A stretch of 63,380 nt of DNA, filler included, from Collodictyon triciliatum (lineage: Eukaryota), in NCBI GenBank assembly GCA_043381765.1. It is 3 parts of 3 records of this genome, joined end to end, with 100 filler letters (N's around TTAATTAATTAA, not from the genome) between each part and the next. Parts side by side here need not be neighbours in the genome. Positions count along the whole stretch, not along the records: positions 41,661 to 63,380 come from JBHJMP010000338.1; 2 more parts are not named here. One strand, written 5' to 3'. Below the pieces are notes generated by a model. It was given only the letters and a program-made list of their open reading frames with translations. It ran no database searches and was not told the DNA's origin. The position numbers and the translations under genes are program-made. How positions within the stretch are numbered: position 1 is the stretch's first letter; each line of letters opens with the position of its first letter. Shown one piece after another: positions 51,186-61,197 of this stretch.

Positions 51186-52566
51186 CTAAGCTGTGCAGTA
51201 CCCGCTCGGGACAGATTTGTTGGCGAGAATCATGGCAACGATGAGTCCGTAGAGCCCTTTTTGTTGGTGAATGGCATAGGGATATCCGGCATTAGGAAAA
51301 GCGGAGTCGCTTAGGTGACATTTTGGTCTGCTCTTTCTTGTTTTCGTCTGTATCCTTATCTTGCCGCAAGACTTTTTTTTTTTGGAAATAGATTTTGTAT
51401 GGGTGCAGAAAAATATAGGGTGTGGGTATGTGATGAGGAACTTACCAAGGCATTCCGCAAAAATGAGCATCAGACACATCGAGATGAAGAGTCGGGGCTG
51501 CTGCCCAGTAGCACGCACACCAGCATCGCCAACAATACCTGTTTCATGCCGAAATATGCTATGATTATCAAACCACTAATGCCATCCGAAAGAAGCCCTT
51601 TTTGAGGTTTTCAGGTGGCATTGCTCACCAATGGCGATTCCGGCACCCAAGCAGGAGAGACCGCAGGCCAGCCCAGCAGCGAAGTGGTGGAACCCAAGGA
51701 AGGATGGATAATTTTCTGTTTTGACTACAGTGTTCTCGTTGAGTATAGTATTTCATCGTGTTGCTGGCCGTATATTATGTGATTTATCTATCATCAAATC
51801 CCACTAAAGAGCTTTTGTTTTATTACTACAGTGTACTCTTTTCATTAAACAAGGAAATTCTACGAAGGAATAAAGAGAAACTCCAGAGATATGCGCATGT
51901 GAATAAAGGAAGGGAAAGGCGCTTACTGGCTCCGTTGATGACCACGGAGACGACAACACCGTAAATGGCTAAAGCACCAGCAAGAATAACAGGCATGATA
52001 CACTACAAAGTACAATCCAGTATAAAAAAAAATTGGATGCCGTAAGCACGGTACTATATAGTTATGCTTGGTAGTAATTAAAGAAAAAGATAGAGAGAGG
52101 CCTTAGAGATGGGATAAAGAAAGCGGCCCAGATTGTGGCGCAGTTAGATGGCACATGGGTCTTTGTCTCGCCTTACCTTCATCACCAAATCGGGGCGCAA
52201 TACACCCATGGATGAGATTCCGACCCCACTCTTTGCTGTCCCGTAAGCAGCACCGAGGCCTTTGGGAAGCATGGGTTCAACCAGGGAAATAAATGGAAGA
52301 TTGCATTGTGAGTACGAATAACTGCTGTTCGGGTTTAAAAATATATATTATACAAGCTTGGTCCACATGTGCCTCTGCCTTTCGAGACTGCTCATGTGTT
52401 CATACACGATGGTTGATAGAATGATGGATGCTACAGCCACACTTCAATGAGGACTGATTTTGCATGGCTTACATGAAAACACAAGAGAGGTGGTGACCCC
52501 CATGGTTCCAAAGAAGTATGCTGAAGGAGGGCACAGATCAGAGAGAAGGACGCCGAGCATCGCCAT
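51186..52566 (-). CDS. ATP6V0C: V-type H+-ATPase 16 kDa proteolipid subunit c, six exons
   Basis: Spliced [23 protein letters not shown]...[15 protein letters not shown]...[15 protein letters not shown]...[18 protein letters not shown]...[18 protein letters not shown]; the conserved proton-binding Glu is present. Could be a c or c' paralogue. Confidence 0.93.
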
Positions 52567-53607
52567 GACCGGGACGTTAACGAAGACGATTTGCTGCTTC
52601 TCAAAGAAAGGCGTAGATTTATGATGAGGCGAAAAAAAATAAAAGGAATTGAGAGACTTTACGTCTTTATAAAACCCTTATACTTTGGTTGTATGGTTGT
52701 TTTTTCTTCTTTCCTATTGGGCTATTATTCCTTCTCTCCTGCACCCCTTTGTTTTGAGGATATGAGTGGCTCTCAACTTCCTTCTACGAGACATGCGAAC
52801 TGAGGGAGACTTCAGTTCTTGATTACGCAGATAGTTGTATTATTGAGGCTGTGCCTGTGTCCAGGTCCCAAAAAAAGAAATTATGTTACTCAGAGACGCT
52901 GACTCGGCAAAGAAAGGGGCGTGGAAAACCTCTTCGGCGTCGCGGTAGAGAAACTTTTTCCAGCATTTGGGGTTGTGAGGTAATCCTGACGGGAATGCAA
53001 TGGGTCATATTTGTGCAGCCTGAATCAGAATTCGGAGTCGTTTGCAAGTTGTTTGCGGTTCAACAACAAGCAGCAGAGAAGCTGGAGAGGTAAGGACTTT
53101 GCTTGTGGATGGTTTGCCAAAGCTGTGATGTGTTCTGATTCATCCAAACTACTTGATCAGCATCTAGCAAATATGGAAATTATAATAATTCATCGACGTT
53201 GCGCGCATTAAGAGTCCAATATTGTTTTTATATTCTGTAGTGTAGTCCAATATATAATTTGTATATGATAAATGTATACTTTGCATCGATTTCTAATTAA
53301 TTCATGATGTTTATTGTACATCAGGTTCTGTGTTGCTGTATGCTCAGTTACAGGTGTATTGCCGCCTTCTCGAGACAGATGGGCATCCGCCGAATGGAAG
53401 GTTGGTGATTCTGCACCAGAAGAGCAGCTCCTGCATTTGATGCAAATAAACCGCGACAAAATGCTCTCCCAATATGCCGTGTGGGCATACGAGTGCGACA
53501 CAAGTCGAAGCTGCTGGCCAGGCAAACGAAGACGCCAATACCATGACCCTTCGCTGCGCGGTCGAGAACCAACCTTCTCAACAACACACTTAACCTTTGC
53601 CCAGAAC

Positions 53608-54615
53608 ATGCCACCACGCAAACGCAAGGCGGCCGAAAGCAGCGAACAAGAGACGAAGCCTGCATGTATGCGCCAAACGCTCCTTCTCTCTCTTTCTTTC
53701 TTCTTCTTCTTCCTTATTTCCCAGGAGAATCGCCACACAAGACGCCGCACAAACACACGCATGAACAAAGAGATAAACAGACGGATCATAACTTCTCCCA
53801 GCCACCCGCGGTCGCGCCAGAACCGCCAAGCAGGCAAGTCCACCGCAAAGCGCAGAGCCAGCGGCAGCGCAGGAGACGGCTGAGTCGCCCTTGGAGCTTC
53901 TGATCGAGCACTGGTTTGTCTCGGCTCTTTTTGCCGCGTCCTCAAAGTGCTACCTTTTAGACAGCTTGTTTTTGTTTTCTTCTGGGACGAGCTTCTAACA
54001 GCCGCCCTCTACCAGCACCAGCTGATCTGTGTTCAAGACTCGAGGCCGGAAGATCGCGGCGGCGATCGAGGTAAAAAGGACACCTGAACAACCTCGATTC
54101 AACAAAAAGGCCCGACCTCCTGTATCATCATTTTTTATTCTTTTCCTGTACATGATGAGCAAGTAAGTTGGCTCCATGGTGTAACGGTTAGCACTTCAGA
54201 CTCTGAATCTGACAATCGCAGTTCAAATCTGCGTGGGGTCATTGGAAACCTTTTTTGCTCCACTTTCTTACCTCCGTCACACCTTTTTGGGTTTTGCACA
54301 TCCCCCAGGCTCGCTTTGTGGGCGCTGTGTCGAGTCTTGTCAAAGGAAAGAAAGGCGCGTTCGAGATTTTCGCCACGCCTAAAGACAAAGAGAAGCAGCT
54401 TGTGTGGAGCGGTATGGCCTCTATTCTTTTATTTGCCTGCTTTATCTGCGCGAAGCGGGGCTTCCTTGTTTCGTGTTATATAGCACCCAAGGATTCACAT
54501 CAACCAAACTCTCTATCACCATTTTTAACAAGGCGCCAGCAAAGGCCCGCCGAGAGCTTTGAAGTTTCCGGAGGAGTCGGCCATTGTTGAGGCTGTTGAA
54601 AAGCTGATGAGCTAG
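53608..54615 (+). CDS. SELENOH: Selenoprotein H (Rdx/thioredoxin-like, CxxU); exons 53608-53665, 53802-53913, 54016-54070, 54309-54411, 54533-54615; 136 aa; Sec TGA at 54023-54025
   Basis: Spliced MPPRKRKAA...LLIEHCTS(U)SVFKTRG...GKKGAFEI...LVWSGASKGPPRALKFPE...*, matching SelH motifs IEHCTSU, GSFEV and WTGIKKGPPRKLKFP; all introns GT-AG and in phase. Confidence 0.93.
54170..54241 (+). tRNA. tRNA-Gln (anticodon CTG), inside SELENOH intron 3
   Basis: Acceptor GGCTCCA/TGGGGTC+A; D-arm GTGTAACGGTTAGCAC; anticodon stem TCAGA/TCTGA with loop CTCTGAA; T-arm CGCAG-TTCAAAT-CTGCG; T6 terminator at about 54251. Confidence 0.93.
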
Positions 54616-54910
54616 GTAATCTTGCCTATTCGCACGAAAAATATACAGGATTATAAGAACAACGCAATAAACCCACACCCTTCATTCATTCGTATGAAAT
54701 TCGCTTCCCCCATTTTCACCTACTTTCCTGGCTTTCCTTTGTATAGCATCAGCAAACTCTCGATGTTGCTATGGCACATTACATTCGTTTTCTTTTTAAC
54801 ATTACTTTCCAGACTAGTGGAGCGCAAGGGGAGCCGACCTGCACTGAAGGATGCCTGAGTAGATGGCGTGTTCTGTCGTAAGAAGCGGGTGCGATGCGTG
54901 CAAACTCCCG

Positions 54911-54962
54911 ATGAAAGATATCTCTGGAAACCAAAGACAGCTTTGGAAGAGACTATCTTGAA
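54911..54962 (+). promoter_or_regulatory. Type II SECIS element in the SELENOH 3' UTR
   Basis: ATGAA - helix AGATATCTCT - GG AAA - mini-helix CCAAAG/ACAG/CTTTGG - A - AGAGACTATCT (one bulged C) - TGAA: AUGA/GA core, apical AAA and extra stem, about 300 nt after the stop codon. Confidence 0.88.
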
Positions 54963-55371
54963 GTGGACACAAGTACCAAGTCTTGTGGAAGAGGGAGGCA
55001 GCTTTTGTAGGGGGTGGCCTTTGCATGGTCATGAACCGAGAACCCTGGTTCGATCTCGCAATCACCACACCCAACAAAGTCTGGGCTCTTTTCGTCCCTG
55101 CACGAATCGCGTCTGCTCGTACGAAAAGCTTCCCGCATGATTGACTCCGCCACTCAATCGAATGGGTTGCCGAACACAACATCCTCCATCCTGTCACGCA
55201 CGAGGCTCCGGTCCGGCTGCGCCCTAGATCCCTCGCGTTGTAGTCCCGTGTTTGTCAAGCCCACGGATGGAATAGTATCCATGATGGAAAGCAGCATTGT
55301 GGAGCATGGCAAAATAAACAAAAACAAAAAGAATTGAGCACAAGAAAAGAAAAAGAGAGGAAAAGAGAATA

Positions 55372-55445
55372 AAAGAAAAGAAAAGAAAAGAAAAGAAAAG
55401 AAAAGAAAAGAAAAGAAAAGAAAAGAAAAGAAAAGAAAAGAAAAG

Positions 55446-55476
<31 letters not shown>

Positions 55477-55480
55477 GAAA
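55372..55480. repeat. (GAAAA)n microsatellite
   Basis: Seen directly in the sequence. Confidence 0.9.
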
Positions 55481-55676
55481 ATGAATAATAGAAAAATGAA
55501 GAAAATGAAATTCAAAGGGAAGGAAAAGAAAAAAGAGAAAAGAAAACAAAAACAAAAACAAAAACAAAACCTGATCGCAAGTCGCTTCAAAGCACCCGCC
55601 AACAAAGCCGTCCCACCCTGACAAATCCTCACTTCATCCCTGCGCGAACGCTAAAGAAGCAAGCAGAGTCACAATC

Positions 55677-58600
55677 ATGGCCTCAGCCTCGTCGTCCGCC
55701 TCCTCCTCGCCGCTCTTGTCTCTGCCTTCGTCTTCTTCATCCAGCCCCGAAGTCACAACTTGCCCGGTCGTTTCCCACCCATTAGCTCTCAGCCTCGCAG
55801 AGCTGAACGACACAGGCGATCAGCCTCTCGATGAAGTCACCCACGAGATTCTCCAAACCGCAAACAAGGTCGGCGGGAGTCAGACTCACGCAGCTAGACT
55901 CCGCCCCGAAAGCCGCCCAAACAAAAGGCGTTCCTTAGAGAACACGCCAGCAATGATGAAAAGAGGGGATACGGCCGAGTCGGCAAAGGAAGAGTTCTCT
56001 GCTATGTCGCCGTTGCCGTCGCCGTCGCCGTCGCCTGCGCGTGTGTGTGCCCGCGATTCTTTGTGTAAAGGACAAAAGGTCATCGCAATGCCGACGCACG
56101 GGAAATGGCACAGCATGAGCATCTCTGCTCGGGTTCTTCACTCGACCTGCTCGGACGGGAAGCGGATTTACTTGTTTGGTGGGGTCTTGAACTGTCCTTC
56201 GAGCCAGCTTGGTGCATATCACCCTCGCATGGTCGGATCCGATGTAACAAACTCGTCCCTTCTGAATGTATATGCATATACTCCCAGACAGAGCGATGGT
56301 TAGTGAGACTCTTTCATCGATCCCTAAGATAATCATAATTAACAATGATATTTTTTTCCTGTCTATTTTATTCATTCGTCGTCGTGCTAGTGCCCTTCAC
56401 GATGAATTTTTTTACTCAATATATCTGCGTGTGTGGTTCTGTGAAGTAAATGCTCGCATGATTTTGCATTTTAATCATTTTAATCAACTAGCTGATGTAT
56501 TAGGGCAAGGCGGTTGGGAGGAACTGAAATCAAATTCTCTGTCCAGACCAGGTTTCAGAAAGTTTCATCAGATGGTCTACCATGATGGGAAAATATATAT
56601 TTTCGGAGGCACAAACCAAGAAAACAGAGTGAGCAGCAAAGTTTATGTTTTTAATATAGGTAAAGAGATACATGACGTGTAAACACTACAAAATTCAGAT
56701 TCATTCACATCCATACGAAAAAAAAATGCACTCTTCTTTTGTTTTCGTAGTGCACATCTAAAAACAGAGACTGATGAAGGGGGTTGAGATGAAGGGTTAC
56801 AACTATTTCAATACATAGATGAAGAATCGTGGGGAGTGTGTCATGTTACTGGTGGGACTCCTCCAAAATGTATTTCACACATAGCTGCCATCGCAAACGA
56901 CTCGCTTTTTGTATTTGGTGGACATAGAAACATAGATAGCCAGTTGGCATCTGCTTCAGAAATGCCGCATTCAAATTCGCTGGATTGTTACCACTTGGGT
57001 CGGTATTGTTTTCTAAATCTTAATTATTATGTTATCTCTTACTCTTCATGAGTTTTTTTTAAAAAAACAAGAAAAAACAAGAAAAAACAAGAAAAAACAA
57101 GAAAAAACAAGAAAAAACAAGAAAAAACAAGAAAAAACAAGAAAAAACAGAAAAAACAAAAACGAGACCTTTACCCAATTTAGTCTCCGTGTTGAAATGT
57201 AATTGAAATAAAAAAAACAGAGCAAAAATAATAGCAAATATAAAGCATCCAGTCACGAAACATTTTATTACAGCAAGCGGCAAATGGACAGCTGTTTCCC
57301 AATCAGGAGATATTCCACAACCATCCATAGGCTCTACTCTGGTCTCAGTAGAAGACAAACTGTACCTTTACGGTGGATACAGTTCAGATGTCAGAGGAAA
57401 AGTGGTCCAGAAGAATTTGTATGAGTTCAATCCAGGTAATATACATATATATATCTAAGTTATCCATATATTTTCTGTGGGTAATCAGTGTTAACTTGCC
57501 GTTCAGCTACGTCATCATGGAAGGAGCTTTCTCCAAGCGGGACAAAACCTGGTCCGCGCTGTGGTCACAAATGTGCCGTGGGCTTAGGTGGGTTTTACAT
57601 AACAGGGGGCGAGTCGAAAATCCCTTTAGGTGGCCCAATTGAAAGAGATATACACTTCTACAATATAGGTATTTCATAGCATAATTTACTCAAAAGGAAA
57701 GAATAGAATCATAATGATAGAATATTATCAATTCGGGACTATTTCTTTTCTTTAAGATACTATTGGTATTATTTTCAAAAAACATAAATAAAATAGCTTT
57801 TAGAAACCTATCAACTTGCATAAATCAACAGAAATGATAAAGCTAAATTATAATAACAAGAAAGATAGGTAGTGTATGGACTTTATGCCGCTGGAAAATC
57901 AATCACAATCATAATTCGCATCATAGGTAGAAACGAGTGGATTCGTGTATCGCACACTAATGAACAGCCCAACATAATGTCAGATAAAGTGAGCCTTTTT
58001 ATTTTTACTATTTTTTTTTTATTTTTTTCTGTTCAAAATTGGTGCAGTTCTCTTTTTTCTTGTGCATTTTTTAATTTTGGAGCTCAACTATCACAGTTTT
58101 ATACCTTCGAGTACCTGAAAGGGATTCTGTACTTTATGGGTGGAAGTAAAGAAGGAGTTACCTATGATGCAAAGGATATAATGGCAATGAGGTTAGTTGG
58201 GGTGTGACATATTCTCTATTTGTTCTATTGTAAGTTTCCGTGTTTTTGTTCCTCCTCTTCTATCACATATATTGTGTACATAGATTTAGGGGGAAAATGA
58301 GCATACGTATGAACACTAAGAACATATTGTAACTACTATTTCATCAGCTGTTTTTCGCTACAAAGTATCTCCGAGTTACGAAGGACTTCCAATACACTAC
58401 AGGACTTGGAAGCAATTATAAATCAAAAGGAGTTTAGGTGTTTACACAAAATCACCAATTCCAAATTGATGAAGACTGAGCATCCGACAGAAACCCTCTT
58501 TTAAATTTTGAAGTCGCTATTGCCTCTTGTTTTTCTACGAAGCAATGTAAATTTACTGAATCTTTCTCATCGTGTAGTGACCTGGTGCTGCTAGTTGATG

Positions 58601-59803
58601 AAAAGGAGCTGTGGTGCCACCGAGCAGTTTTATGTTGCAGATCGGCCTATTTTCGAAGCAGAATACAAAAAATAGAGGGAGCAGAATTCCCATATCGTTT
58701 AAGAATCGAGCAGGTGACGGTTATGTATTTCACATTATTGGTGAATTTTTTTTTGTTTTTATAAAATAAAAGGACTTTACTTTTCAAAAACAACAAGAAA
58801 TCATATATCCTTTTCCCTAATGCAACGAGCGCCATGCGATACAAATGCATATCTTGGGCATGGTGAACTTGATAATATCTTGTTAATAATTGCCACCATT
58901 TTCAGGAATCTTTTGAGTCGGTGTTCAACTTTGTAAGATTTGTATACTCTGGTGTAATACCCTTGATGAATGAGCTAGAAGAAGTCATATCCTTATTAGA
59001 ACTGGCCATCAAGTATGAATCACTAACCAACCCATACTATCCCTGCTTCAGAAACAATAAATAATATTTTGCATAATCGCATATTTGATAGTATGCCTTC
59101 TTGCATATATATATCATCCGTTTCTTTTCAATATAAGTTTGTCAATCATGATTACACGCGTGTTTTTCTTATTATTTTGATTGGTTCATATGCAAATATG
59201 TTTGACACTATCGTAGATTCCACGAGCCTGTCATGGCATCGCAGTGTGAAGAACTTCTTGTGCGCTGCATCAACGCTGAGAGCGCTGTCAACCTACTTAT
59301 TGTAATACTTTATCATTTTCATTTTTTTTCGAGGCTTCAACACAACTACAGACTATTATTTTATTTTTTTTCGTTTTCCTCACCTAACAAAGTATGTAAA
59401 GTAAGCTATGCACTCGAAGGTTTCTTTCTTTGTCACCCGCTGTTTTTTTGCTCCATTCAGATATCCAAGAAACTGGGCCGACAAATCCTGAAATCAGCTT
59501 CGTTGCAGTTTATCACGGGCCATTATACAACTATAAGCTCAACCGCCGAATTCCGCTTGCTGGTGAAAGAGCCTGAGTTGTTATTGGAGGTAGCAAAATG
59601 TCCTGGTCTTTGCATACACGACTTTTTTTTCTTTGTTGTTCTCATTGTATTTGATTAAAATATGCATGAGCGATTATTTCATACTCTCCGACATATTAAA
59701 TTTTATTTTAATTCAATTGTTGTTGGATTCAAAGGTGTGCACATCAATTGGAGTTCATCTGGATGCCAATGAGCATAAGAAACGGCGCAAGTCTTTGTCA
59801 TAG
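55677..59803 (+). CDS. Kelch-repeat plus BTB/POZ protein (LZTR1-like architecture), multi-exon
   Basis: Kelch blades IYLFGG, HQMVYHDGKIYIFGG, LFVFGG, LYLYGG, PGPRCGH..FYITGG; BTB SDLVLLVDEKELWCHRAVLCCRSAYFR, FVRFVYSG, LASQCEELL. Confidence 0.82.
57061..57160. repeat. (GAAAAAACAA)n intronic repeat
   Basis: Seen directly in the sequence. Confidence 0.9.
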
Positions 59804-60300
59804 AGCGATATATGGTCCGATTTGATGTCCTTTACGTATCTATATCTTACCTGATTTCTTCCATAATTAACGAAGAAGAAAAAAGAACACGTGACAATTC
59901 AAAATTGAAAGGAAACATTATCGTATCGTACTTACTGTTTAGATTTTCTTGACAATGACGATGAGAAACTTCAAAAATAAAATTAAAATCACTGTACTTC
60001 GTTTTCGCTAAGATGGCTTTTTTTTCTTCATGGAGCATACCATTTTCATGAAATCGGTTGAGTTTAATAATTTTTTCATTTATTTTCCATTTAGATACAA
60101 AAAAAAACGACGTTTACTATGCTAATAAAGTTTAACCATGATAGCAAAGCCCAGTCGTAAAACCAATCACTTTCCTATTTTCGTAAAAATCAAATCAAAT
60201 CATCATCATCACACAATCAAAAGAGACATAGCTATTTCATTCGGCTCACCCACGCAACCGCCTCAATCAGGCATCCATCGCAACCACTTTTATAAAAACA

Positions 60301-60993
60301 TCACTTGTGCGGCGGCGGACTGTGCAAGGTTTTCGAAATCCACGTTGTGATGGACGCGGAAATCGATTGTGAAAAGGAAACAACCGAGTCGACCATTTGA
60401 CTCCACACAGCTTTTGTCTCGATTGCTTGGATTTGTGTCTGCTGGAAGCGCAAGGATTCCTCCAAAGCCCGCATGCGAGCCTCTAACTCTTTCAGGCGAG
60501 CATCATGAGCAGCCTCGCTAAAGGAGCCGGCCGGGTTTTCTCCCTGCGTCCTCTCTGCCTCAGTGAGCGACTTGTGCTGCAACAGAAGCTGTTGGTACTC
60601 GAGAAGCTGTGTCTCGACGTCCTTGCCCATGAAGATGATTGGCTGGTCGGAAGTCTCGCCTCTGCGCTGCATCTCGCGCTGTGTCGTTCATTTGCAGGAG
60701 TGTGCGAATTATCACTTTACTGAAACCCATTCGGGTGAAGAGAAAACACAGTGCCGCTTCAAGTGGGACGGCGTTTGTGTGTCATGGCACAGAGAAGAAG
60801 AGGAAAGAGAGGAATGGCAGAGAGAAAGTCGAATGAGCAGAACCTGCTTCCACTTCTTGCCTTCGTGGGTCGCTATCACAACAAAAGCAGGAGGGATCAG
60901 CGCAAGGATCATGTGGACAACGTGGAAGTGCAGCGTGATTTTCCTCTCGGGTGGTGGCGTGCGAAAAAGCGCCTGGAAGGCAGACTGCACCAT
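60301..60993 (-). CDS. Hypothetical protein with one TM segment and a coiled coil (two exons)
   Basis: MVQSAFQALFRTPPP...HVVHMILALIPPAFVVIA...KWKQ|REMQRRG...ARLKELEARMRALEESL...*; GT-AG intron in phase 0; no recognised family. Confidence 0.55.
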
Positions 60994-61197
60994 TCGAATA
61001 TGGGTTTTCTTTTTCTTTTTCTTTTTCTTTTTCTTTTTCTTTTTCTTATGGTGACCAAACAAAAGCGAAAGTCTAAAAACAAACCCAGGATGGCATGGCG
61101 AGATCTTGTCCTTGAGCTTGTTCTTTTTGTTTCCTTGTTCGTGTCCTGAGGTCTGTAAGCTTTGTTCTACTATTTTTTGGCAGGGGTTTTTTGATTG

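Noticed and set aside
55011-55070. tRNA-like segment containing GGTTCGATC
   Set aside because: No consistent cloverleaf (D and anticodon arms do not pair); only a B-box-like word.
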